Source: Cetorhinus maximus (taxonomy: Eukaryota). From it: a DNA stretch of 64,000 bases. The translations under genes were made by a program, and so were the position numbers. The notes under the pieces were generated by a model. The model was not told the DNA's origin, searched no databases, and saw only the letters and a program-made list of their open reading frames with translations. This document shows, piece after piece, positions 53,310-64,000 of the stretch. Numbering within the stretch: the first letter of the stretch is position 1; each line of letters opens with the position of its first letter. The stretch lies in the NCBI RefSeq assembly GCF_964194155.1, contig NW_027596508.1, forward strand, positions 124,001-188,000, written 5' to 3'.

Positions 53310-55330
53310 TAGCAAACTGTAACCAGTAGAGCGTCACAAGGATCAGTGCTGGGTTCTCAGCTATTTACAATCTATATTAATGACATAGATGAGTGGGGAG
53401 AGCATCACCAAATTTTCAGACAATACATAAATAGGTGGGAAAGCAGATTGTGAGGGGGACACAAAGTGTCTGCAAGAGGATATAGAAAGGTTAAATCAGT
53501 GGGCAAACATTTGGCAGATGAAATACAAAGTGGGAAAATTTGATGGGAAGAATAGAAAAACAACACATTATTCAAATGATATATATATTAATGGCCTAGA
53601 TTGTGGTGTGCAAGGCATGATTTCAAAATTTGCAGATGATACGAAGATTGGAAACATTGTCAACTGTGATTGGGATAGTCTTGAACTTCAAAAGGACATA
53701 GGCATGTTGGTGGATTGGCCAGGCAAGTGGCAGCTGAAGTTCAATGCAGAGAAGTGCCAGGTGATTCATTTTGGTAGGAAAAATATAGTGAGACAGTATT
53801 AAATAAAGGGAGACCCTCTAAAGGAGGTGCAGGAACAGAGGGACTGCATTGTATATGTACATATGTCATTGAAGATGGCCGGGCATGTTGAGGGAGCAGG
53901 TAATAAAGCATATAGTAACTTAGGCTTTATTAATAGGGGCACTGAGTACAAGATTCTGTGATTCTGTGAAGAGTAAGGAGGTCATGTTGAACTTTTATAA
54001 GTCTCTTTTTAGGCTTCATCTGGAGTACTGTGTGCGGTTCTGGGTGTCATACTTAAGGGAGGATGTTAAGGCATTGCAGAGAGTACACAGAAGATTCACA
54101 AGAATGATTCCAAGATAAAGAACTGTCGCCATGGGGATAGATTGGAGAGGTTGGGGCTGTTTTCCCTGGAGAAAAGGTGGCTTAAAGGAGACTTGAGGGA
54201 TGCATTCAAGATCCTGAGGGGAATGGACAGAGTAAATAAATGACAAATTGTTCCCACTCAATAGAACATCAAGAACCAGAAGGCACAGACTCAAAATAAT
54301 TGGCAAAAGGAGTAAATGTGATGTGAGATAGACTCAAAGTTTCATTTAAAATTTAATTTTTTTTTCACCCAGAAGGTGGTTGGAGTCTGGATCAAACTTC
54401 CTCAAAGGGTGGTGGAGGCAGGTTTGCTTGAGATATTCAAAAGGGAATTGAATTGCTACCTGAAAGAAAAGAACGTGCAAGGTTATGGGGACAAGGGAGG
54501 AGAATGGCACTAGGTAGAATGCTCTTTCAGAGAGCCAATGCAGACTTGATAAGCCGAATGGCCTCCTTCGATGCAGTGATACTGTGGAGAGAGACTGCAG
54601 AATGTTGCAGTACAGAGGGATCAAGATCTCCTTGTACATGAATCACAAGAAGTTAATGTGCAGCTGCAGCGAGTAATTAGGAAGGGAAATGGAATGTTGG
54701 CCTTTATTCCGGGGGGGGGGGGGGGGGGGGTGGAGTATAAAAGTAGGAAAGTCTTGCTACAACTACACAGCATTGGTGAGACTACACCGAGAGTACTGTG
54801 TTATGTTGGAGTCTCCTTATTTAAAGGGGGATATAATTGCATAGGGGGCAATTCACAGAGGTGCTAGACTGACTCCTGAGATGAAGGAGTTGTCTCCTGA
54901 GGAATGTTTAAGCAGGTTGGGCTGATCCACATAGGAGATTCGAAGAATGAGAGGTGATCTCATTGAAACAAATAAGATTCTGAGGGGGTTTGACCGGGTA
55001 GATGTTGAGAGGAATGTTTCCATTTGCGGGGAATATAGAACCAGGGGACACAGTTTAAAAATAAACATCTCCAATTTAAGAAGAAGGGGAGAAGGAATTT
55101 CTTCTCTCAGAGCGTCCTTAATCTTTGTAATTCTCCACCTCAGAGAGCAGGGGAGGCTGGCTCATTGCATATATTCACGCTGAGTTAGACAGATTTTTCA
55201 TCGGTAGGAGAGTCAAGGGTTATGGGGCAGGTGGGAAAATGGGTTTGAGGCCACAATCAGATCAGCCATGGTCTTATTGAATGGCGAAGCTGGCCCGATG
55301 GGCTGAATGGCCTCCTCCTGCTTCTCTTTC
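53310..55330 (+). mobile_element. Cluster of nested, decayed CR1 LINE RT and 3' fragments
   Basis: Translations QGSVLG.QLFTIYIND, ISKFADDTKIG, WQLKFNAEKCQVIHFG and MRGDLIET.KILRG.DRVD, with two 3' UTRs. Confidence 0.88.
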
Positions 55331-55536
55331 TTATATTTTTAATTTGTCAGTGTGGAATTGAATCTCTGTCTGTTAGTCTCTTTTACTGTATTTCAGTGTG
55401 GAATTAATTCAGTCTGATTTGCATGTAAGTGTGGAATTGATTCTCTGTCCATCACTCACTGAATGCGAGTGTGTAATTTAAATCTCTGTCAGTCTCTTTT
55501 ACGGTTATGAGAGTGGAACTAACTCTCGAACACTGT

Positions 55537-55608
55537 CCTGCTGAGTTTTTCCAGGTAATTCTGTTTTTGTTTTGGATTTCCAGCATCCGCAGGAGTTTTT
55601 TGTTTTTA
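55537..55608 (+). mobile_element. 72-bp 5'-truncated copy of the Penelope-derived repeat with a 13-bp target-site duplication
   Basis: TCTCGAACACTGT at 55524-55536 and 55609-55621 flanks CCTGCTGAGTTTTTCCAGGTAATTCTG...TTTTGTTTTTA. Confidence 0.85.
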
Positions 55609-55761
55609 TCTCGAACACTGTATATGAGTGCGGAATTCACTCTTTGTCACCCTCGTGCTGTATGAAAATATGGAATTAACTCCTTATGTCAGTCTCTGTT
55701 ACTGTATGTGAGTGTGGAATTAACTCTCTATCAGTTAGTCTCTGTTAATGTGAGTGTGAAT

Positions 55762-56275
55762 TCACAGAATCACAGAATTGTTACGCTATAGAGGGAGGCC
55801 ATTTGGCCCATCGTGTCTGCATCGGCTCTCTGAGCATTTTAACGTAGTGCCAATCTCCTGCCTTTTCCCCATAACCCTGCACATTGTTTCTATTCAAATA
55901 ATCGTCCAATGCCCTCTTGAATGACTCAGCTGAACCTGCCTCCACCACACTTCCAGGCAGTGCATTCCAAAACCTAACTACTCGTTGTGTGAAAAAGTTT
56001 TTTCTCACTTCGCATTTGCTTCTTTTCCAAAACACTTTAAAACCATGTCCTCTGGTTCTCGATCCGTTTACAAGTGGGAAGTTTCTCTCTATCTACTCTA
56101 TCCACACACCTCATGATTTTGAAAACTTCTATCAAATCTCCTCTTAGCTTTCACCTCTCCAAGGAAAACAGTCCCAACTTCTCCAATCTTTCCTCATAAC
56201 TGAAGTGCCTGATACCTGGAATCATTCTCATAAACCTCTTCTGCACTCTCTCCAACACATTCAGATCCTTCCTAT
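55762..56275 (-). mobile_element. CR1 LINE 3' end with (ATTCTGTG)n tail
   Basis: Translation RKNFFTQRVVRFWNALPGSVVEAGSAESFKRALD; octamer tail CACAGAATCACAGAAT on the plus strand. Confidence 0.9.
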
Positions 56276-58384
56276 TGTGTTAAGCTTAACTTTCAATCTC
56301 TGTCGCATATGCAAGCGCAGATTTAGCTTTCCATCCAATCATGTTGGTTACTGTACGTGAGTGTGAAATTAACTCTGTATGATAATCTGTTACTGTAGGT
56401 AAATATAGAATTAACTCTGTCAGTTTCTGTCACTGTATCAGAACGTGGAATTCATTCTGTATCTGTCAGTCTCGGTTACTGTATCAGGCCATGGAAATAA
56501 CTCCTTTTCAGGCTCTGCAACTTCAAGAAAGTTAATTCCACACTCATCATCTGCCAATGTGTTACTGTATATGAGTGAGATATTAACTCTCAGTCTCTGT
56601 TATGTGAGTGAAGAATTAAATCTCTATCATTAAGTCTCTGCTATTGACTGTGGGTGTGGAATTCATACCTTACATGTCAACCTCTTTGCTGTACAGGAAT
56701 GCAGAATTAATTCAGTACCTGTCAGTATCAATTATGCTGTGAGTGTGGTATTCACTCTCTGCTAGTCTCAGTTACTGTGAGTAAGTGTGAAATTAAATTT
56801 CTGACAGTCTTGGTTGCTGTACGTGATTGTAGAATTGTCTTCCTGTCAATGTCTGTTACTGGATCTGAGTGTGAAATTAACTCTCTGTTAGAGTCTGTTA
56901 CTGTATGTGAGTTTGAATAAAAAGTCTAATAATTTGCATTACTGAATGTATGTGGAATTAATTTTCTGTCTGTCTCTGTTACTGCGAGTGTGGCAGAGCA
57001 AACAGGAAGACTTTTTATCCCATTTGTGGAAAGGTAGAGGGACAATGGGCACAGATTTAAGCTAAGTGGCAAAATAAGCAATGGCAACATGAGGAAAAAC
57101 CTTGTCATGCATTGACCGGATAGGAGAAGTGCCTGAAAATGTAGTAGAGGCAGGTTGAATCAAGGAATTCAAGAGAGAATTGGATCATTATCCAAAAAGG
57201 AAAAATGTGCAGGGCTATGTGGAAAAGGCGGTGAAGTGGAAGAGGTGATTTGTTCCTTCAGAAGGCTAGCATAGACATCAAGGGCAGAATGGCCTCCGTC
57301 ATTGCTGTAATCATTCTATGATTCTTTGAATTAACTCTCCGTCAATCTCTCTTACAGTATATGAATATGGGTGGAATTAACACCGTCTGTCACTCTCTGC
57401 TGTTACATAAAAATTTGAAATATACTTCCTGTCAGTCTCTGTTACTGTACAGGAAACAGTAAATGACCTGATATCAGAAATGCTTGGGCCCTACTGTTCT
57501 CAAAATTGCTCGCGGTTAAACCCACCGCCTTATCCTCTCTCTACTCTCCAGTTCTAAATTAGCCAAAAGAACATACCTTCAAAGTAAGCGACGAACGGCT
57601 TCCACGTCCAACATCCATTCTGATTCAAAAGTGTTCTTCATTTGTCAGTTTGAGTTTCTGACTTTGGTTTTGTGAGCAACACCTGCAATAGTTCACTGAC
57701 AACATCATGTGTATAGTGGCAATCTGGAATAAAGAGAGAAAATGCTGGAAATACACCACACATCAGACAGCATCTGTGGAGAAAGAAAAGTTCATATTTC
57801 GGATTACTGACAATCAACCTGCAATAAAAGACTTACTAACATCTGCCCATGGTGACTGCAGTTCCCACAATTCCCTGCATCCCAGAAACGGCTCTATCAA
57901 ATGCACTGTCTTCCCCGGCATTGAGAGTGTGCATGCTCCCCAGGGCCGGCCCCGGGTCATTCTGAGGTCGAACTTATCGGCCCATTTCACCAATATGCTT
58001 ACTCTTGAAGTTTAATACTATCCTCCTCACAGTTCACAATACCTCCAAGTTTCATGTCATCTGCAAATTTTGAAATGGTGCCCCATACACCAAGCAGTGG
58101 GTCAACAATATATATCAGGAAGAGCAGGGTCCTCACACCGACCCCTGGGGAACTCCGCTATAAACTTTCCTCCAGTCTGAAAAACAACCATTCACCACTT
58201 CCCTCTGTTTCCTGTCACTCAGCCAATCCCATATCCATGTTGCTATGTCCCTTTTATTCCATGAGCTGTAACTTTGTTGACAAATCTGTTGTGTGAGACT
58301 TTATCAAATGCCTTTTGGAAATCCATGTAAACCACATGAACAGCATCACCCTCCCCAACCCTCTCTGTTACCGCATCAAAAACT

Positions 58385-58720
58385 CGGTGCAAACGGGAGA
58401 TGAAACCGGGAAGCGGCGTCTGGGATGGTGCACATCGGCTTCATGGTGCCGTTGTCCGGGTTCCTCGCCGCACGTCGTCGGACCCGGAGGCTCTGATTCG
58501 GACTCTGAGAATCGGTGCTCCTGAGGCTGCACTCGACCATGCTCAGCTTCCGGGAGATGTACCGCGCATGCTCGGCGCAGAAAGGATTTCCGGTGGATAT
58601 AGGTGCGCCTGCGCAATGCGGCCCTTCTGCTCGAGATAGGCCGTTTTATATCCCCCAGAGCATTCTGGGAAGTGTTTACCGCCATTTCATTCTAAACAGC
58701 GACACGGGAGGAAACGTTTG
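58385..58720. promoter_or_regulatory. CpG-rich promoter-like island with NRF1-, ETS-, YY1- and ZNF143-like motifs
   Basis: High CpG density in CpG-poor surroundings, with TGCGCCTGCGCA, GCGCATGC, TTCCGG, CGCCATTT and GCATTCTGGGAA. Confidence 0.6.
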
Positions 58721-58914
58721 TGTTAATCGTTTCTGTGCAAGCTCTATAGAAGCAAATCAGTGCCACTCCCCTTCCCCTTTACAATAGCCTTAAAATATTT
58801 TCCCTTCGGTATTTACTCGTTTCACTTTTGAAAGTTTATTTTGATTCGGCTTTCACCACCAATTACGGCAGAGGGTTTAAGACCGCAACAACTCTCTGCC
58901 TTACAAAGAAATGA

Positions 58915-59466
58915 CAAAGGATGATCCATTCAATGTGAAAGATGGTGGGGAGGATGGTGAGGACAAGGGAAGCCTATCGGTGTACGGGGAGCGAGGGAAG
59001 TGATGAGAGCAGAGCTCACGAAATGGAACAGAAGTTCTTGAGGGCCCTGTCAATCACAGAGAGGAGAGATAACCAGTTGAGAAAAAAAGAAGGTAAATTA
59101 GCAGTGTTGGTATGGAATATTACCTGTCCTCACCTAAATACTCATTCCAGCTGAAACAGTGATTTATGTGTACTTTCTTCAATTTAGCACCCCGTATTCA
59201 CTGCTCACAATGGTGGTCTGATCTATGTTAGGCAGTTTCAGTGTTTGCTTTGATAAACATCTGCTCTGTCAGCAAGTACGACTCTGAGTTTCCAATCTCC
59301 TGTGATTTTAATTTTCCATCTTGTCCTCACGCTGACCTTTCTGTCCTGGACATCCTGCAGTGTTCTAATGAATCTCAATGTAAGCTTGAGGAACCGTGTC
59401 TCATCTTTAAATTGAGCACTTTACAACCATCCAGACTCAACACTGAGTACAACAATTTGAGAATGT
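58915..59466. mobile_element. Decayed Penelope-like element: linker on the minus strand (~58915-59095), GIY-YIG endonuclease C-terminus on the plus strand (~59130-59466)
   Basis: Plus-strand translation FPISCDFNFPSCPHADLSVLDILQCSNESQCKLEEPCLIFKLSTLQPSRLNTEYNN; minus-strand SFFLN.....VIDRAL and PLVLT. Confidence 0.75.
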
Positions 59467-60442
59467 AATCTCAATCCCCATTATGTATCTTTTCAATTGG
59501 ATATTTTGGTTGAATTCACATTTTTCTCTTGTTTTTGCTTTTGAATGGCAGACGTTCATCATCCCATCATTCACATCTCCTTCAGACACATCTTTGGATT
59601 TGTTACTTGCCCATTTACCTTAACCTTGCACCAAAAACTCTTTTGTCATTTAACCTCTCCTGCCCTCCACCCTGATTTGGAAACCACAAGAGAAAAATGT
59701 TAGATTTAGTAATAACTAACGAGAGATAATTAATTCATATTCTGGCAGTATATGAGCATCTAGCAATGAGTGACCACAATATGTTAGAGGCAGAGAAAGG
59801 TCACAGAAATGTTACAATTTTCACCTTAAGTAAGGTCGGTAAGGGCCGAATGAGCAGGAAGCTGAACACATTAAATTCCGAACAGCTACTAGCAGGATAA
59901 AGGAAACAATCAGAGGCTCTCAAAGGTCCAAGGAAGGAAACTTCACTATCCCAGTTTTAAACCAGTAATTAAGCAGGAACGCTGATATCTACCCAAATAT
60001 TGATTAACTGCCTTTGACATGATGCTGTCTTCATTATGATGATCCTCTCTTCCTCGATGGTACATGTCGCAGTTTAGGAAGCTGTTGTCCAAATTAGAAT
60101 GGTGAATTACTGCTGCTTGTCATATAGGTCGGACAGACTGCATGCAATGAATATCAATTTCACTATATATTCCCATCTCAGGAATTTCCTATTCAGGTAA
60201 TGATGGGGTGAGAGTGAACGAGAGAAGAACATTCAGACTGTGCCAGCTCTTTGCGAGAAATGGGCTGGTCTCAGCTGATGTGCGTTTGCAATTTCAGCTA
60301 GTATCCTTGTGTGAATGAAAGCAATTTGAGATATTTGTTGCAGACTGAAGTGTTTACAGGAAGCGAGATGCCAATGCTAATACCTACAAATGAGATAAGT
60401 TTGTGGGTAGCAGCAAAATGTTTATTTTAGTGAGTATATAAA

Positions 60443-60514
60443 TAGCAGAGGATGGTTTCGATCCATCGACCTCTGGGTTATGGGCCCAGCACGCTTCCGC
60501 TGCGCCACTCTGCT
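60443..60514 (-). tRNA. Initiator tRNA-Met(CAT), intact and identical to 44417-44488
   Basis: Same 72-nt sequence. Confidence 0.99.
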
Positions 60515-60814
60515 GCACATTGTCACTAGTTGATGAATGTTAGTCTTGTGTATTAGGGAACTAAATAGTCACTTGCTTTGTGCTTTTGAGCAAGAGAAGA
60601 TGTGTTGGGTGGATCATCTTGGCTGCATAATTCCACTGCGTAACACCAGAAACAGACAGAAAAACACACACAGAAAGGCAGCAAGAGACTGTCAGGATAC
60701 ACAAGATAACAGAGAAAGACGCCGAGAAAATTAGCAAGACACTGAGGTGGAGAAACTAATCATTTCTGTAAACTGTTCCCAGCTACACAGAGATGTCCCC
60801 TGTTTGTAACAATG

Positions 60815-61700
60815 ACTCTTATTGTGTAACTGTGCATCGTGTAATGTAATTGTGCATCCTGTTGTGTAACTGTGCACCCTGTTGTGTAACTGTGCACTCT
60901 GTTTTGTGCATGTGCACCCTGTTGTATAAAAGTGCTCTCTATTGTGTAACTGTGCTCTTTGTTGCGGGACTCTGTTCTCTGTTGTTCAACTGTGCTCTCT
61001 GTTGTTTCACTGTTCCCTCTGTTGTTTAACTGTGCTCGATGTTGTTTAACTGTACCCTCTGTTGTCTAACTTTGCCTTCTGTCGCATAACTGTGCTCTCT
61101 GTTGTGTAACTGTGCTCTCGTTGTGTAACTGCTCTCATATAACTGTGCTCTCTGTTGTGTTACTCTGCCCTCTATTGTGTAACTGTGTCCTATGTTGTTT
61201 CACTGCGCTCTCTGTTGTGTAATTGTGTTATCTGTCGTGTAAATATGCTCTCTGCTGTGTTACTGTGCTTTCTGTTGTGTAGCTGTGCCATGTGTTTAAT
61301 TGAGCCCCCTGTCGTCGAACTGAGCCCTTTGTTGTTTAACTGTGCTCTCTGTTGTGGAACTGTGCCCTCTGATGTGTAACTGTATTCACGAAAATGTAAT
61401 TGTGTACTCTGTTGTATAACTGTGCCCTTTGTTGTCTAACTCGGTTCCCTGTTGTGTAACAATGCTCTCCGTTGTGTAACAATGCTCTCTATTATGTAAA
61501 TGTGCTCTCTGTTGTGTGACTGTGCCCTCTGTTGTGTGACTGTGCTCTCTATTGTGTAACTGTGCTTTCTGCTGTTGAGAGATCTTCACCGTTGTGTAAC
61601 CCGCTTCCCTGTCGTGCAAACGTTTTCCCAGCTGCATTAAAATGTTCTCTGTTGTTTCAAAGTGCTCCCTGTTCTGCAAAGATGGTCTCTGTTGCTCAGT
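60815..61700. repeat. 20-bp minisatellite (TGTGTAACTGTGCTCTCTGT), roughly 40 diverged copies
   Basis: GTTGTGTAAC-TGTGCTCTCT periodicity. Confidence 0.92.
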
Positions 61701-62789
61701 GAGGGTGTTTTCTATTGCACAATTATTTTCTTTCAGGGGCCTTAATTTTCCCTGTCATGTTAATGTGTTCCATCTTGTGTTCAGATGTTCCCTCTTCTTG
61801 AGTGAAAATCTGGTTAATTCGCAACTGGACTACAATCGTCAATTCTCAGTTGTGTCTGTTACCTTCTAGTGATGAATGTGATTGTGTGATACATCCCGAG
61901 AACTCTGTTTCTGGACTTGAGCGAGATTTGTTCTGTATGTGTCCATCACAGATAGTGTTTGTGAGTGTAGGATTCATTCTGCATCTCAGTCTCTGGAACA
62001 ATTTGTGAGAGCAGGGTTCCTTCTTTATGGGTCAATGCCTGGTACTATATGTGAGGATGAGGGTCTGTATCAGGCAGTGGTACAGAATGTGAATGTGGGA
62101 ATCAATCTGTGTCTATCAGACCCCATTACTGACAGGGGAAGTGGGATTAATTCTGTATCTGAATGTCTCTGTTATTCTTACTATTATTCAGACATTCGGG
62201 TTAGAGGATGATTTGCTTCCACTCTCTCTCTCTCTCTCTCTCTCTGAACAGAGTCAGTGTCTGATTGCACGACAGTGCTGCAGCACCCAGCTACTGCAGA
62301 GCAAGGACTTGGAACATTTTACAACAATTTCCTGCCATCCAGAAACAATTCACTGCTCCATGAATGGGACTGAGTGACAGAGCAGGGAGTTCTGTACAGT
62401 TCGAATTACTACCCACACTCGGGATCCACTTTTGTTTTTATTTGTTTACGGGCTGTAGGAGTCGCTGACAAGGCCAGAATCTGTTGCCTCGCTCTAATTA
62501 CCCTTCAGATCAGGCCCTGCTTCAGTTGCTGCTTTTAATTTTCTGTTTTTTCGTAATGACAATTAATTGAAACAAATGCGTTGGTCTATTTTGTATTTGC
62601 AACCTCACCTCTCTTTGAATTATTATAAATACCTTTTTCTTCCTACAGGCAAAAGTTTGATAGTAGCTGAATCGAAATAGTGATTCCGTGACAAAAGGAG
62701 AAGTGCAGCCAGCATCTTCTCACACAGTAAGTACAGTATCACTCACAGAGAGCAGAGACACCAGTTCCACAAGCACCAACAGCACAGTA

Positions 62790-62992
62790 AGAAAAGAGCA
62801 AAATAGTGCAGATGCTGGAAATCTGAAAGAAAAATAGAAAATGCTGGAAAAACTCAGCAGGTCTAACCGCATCTATGGAGAGAAAGACAGAGTTAACGTT
62901 TAAGAGTCATACAGACATGAAAGGTAAACTCTGTCTTTCTCTCCACAGATGCTGTTCGACCTCCTGAGTTTTCCAGAATGTTCCGTTTTTGT
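62790..62992. mobile_element. Older Penelope-derived inverted-repeat element
   Basis: GCTGGAAAAACTCAGCAGGTC...GCATCTATGGAGAGAAAGACAGAGTT pairs with AACTCTGTCTTTCTCTCCACAGATGCTG...GACCTCCTGAGTTTTCCAG. Confidence 0.75.
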
Positions 62993-63194
62993 TAGCACTA
63001 TGGTAGACTGGCAGTGAGCCCAAGTCTCAGGAATGTATATTCATTCAAACAGAGCAGGAGAGTGCGTGAACCAGATGGGTTTTTTATCAACATGACTTTC
63101 AAGGTTTTTTTGAATTATATGTCACTAGTAGCTGTGGTGGGATTTGATCCCTCGCCTCCATAACATTATCCTGAGGGGGCCCTGATGTTTCTTG

Positions 63195-63548
63195 ACACGA
63201 TAGGTGAGGAGAGGATGGTTCCTCTTGGAGGAGAATCTAGAACTCGTGGTCACTGTTTAAAAATAAAGGGTCGTCCATTTAAGACAGAGATGAGGAGATT
63301 TTTTTCTCGCTGAGGGTCTTGAGTCTTTGGAACTCTCTTCCTCAAAAGAGGGTGGAAGTGGATTCTCTGAATACTTTTAAAGCAGGGGTAGACTCATGAA
63401 AGCAAGTGGGTGAGAGGTTATCGAGGGTAGACAGGAATGTGGAGTTGAGGTTACAATCAGATCAACCATGACCTTATTGAATGGTGGAGCAAACTCGAGG
63501 AGCCGAGTGGCCTATTCCTGCTCTTTGTTCCTTCTGTTCTTATGTTCA
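63195..63548 (+). mobile_element. CR1 LINE 3' end
   Basis: Colinear with 48180-48530; tail GTTCTTATGTTC. Confidence 0.85.
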
Positions 63549-64000
63549 TTAACCTGGAACTCTAGATTCCCGCTACGCCACCATCTCCACTATTAAAACT
63601 GCCACCGAAACCAAACTGCCGCTGTTTAAAAAGTGCCCGTCCTATTTCTCATCTGGTGCCTGCAATAGCTGCTCCTTGTCTGACTCCCCACGTCCCGACT
63701 GTCCGGCTCTGTTCAAACTCTTCACTGTCCAATATCAACAAACCTGGGGAGTGGGAACTCAACCAAGAATATTCACTGCTGCTTTGTGGGGAGAAAGCAG
63801 CAATTATTTTCAATAACAGCTTCTTGCCATTTTGTCTCCCTCCTCCCAGGAGGCTGCTGTTTGTTCCATTCCCCCAGGACTGAGGTCACTCCATTGGCGG
63901 CTCTTCCTGTCCCAGGTGGAGCTGGGGGAGAGCAGCGCCCATGCGCTCTTCCGCTCCCACCCATTGAGCTCTGGTGGGTCAGAATGACGCAGAATTCTAC

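Noticed and set aside
60815-61700. CRISPR-like array
   Set aside because: The 20-bp units are contiguous with no unique spacers, the context is eukaryotic, and there are no cas genes.

Overview
Eukaryotic genomic DNA, not prokaryotic. It is vertebrate and most likely a shark or other cartilaginous fish; that taxon is inferred from the SINE, CR1 and Penelope repeat content. The first ~26.6 kb is a tandem array of a ~9.3 kb unit (A): pseudo-tRNA-Ser, histone H2A(+), histone H4(-), CTCF-like motif, tRNA-Gly, start-less H2A fragment, CCAAT-rich orphan promoter, 92-bp VNTR, CR1 LINE and an intron-containing tRNA-Pro-like gene. The first A unit carries two extra ~3.0 kb H2A/H4/tRNA-Gly sub-repeats. 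From ~27.5 to 40.2 kb lies a second tandem array (B, ~5.2 kb unit, one 195-N gap): tRNA-Phe, truncated intron-containing tRNA-Tyr, intron-containing tRNA-Pro and tRNA-Ser. B shares its Pro-Ser module with array A. The rest is mostly decayed CR1, L2-like and Penelope retroelements and minisatellites, plus two perfect initiator tRNA-Met genes in an old duplication and a CpG-rich promoter-like segment at ~58.5 kb. No H2B, H3 or H1 gene was seen. The most notable signals are: five tRNA-Pro-bodied genes with 18-19 nt canonical-position introns, three of them carrying Ala anticodons; H4 copies sharing I46L/V57A; chimeric H2A pseudogenes at the sub-repeat junctions; and Penelope-derived hairpin insertions with hammerhead-ribozyme cores and 13-bp target-site duplications. 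All coordinates were read by eye, and repeat-element boundaries are approximate.
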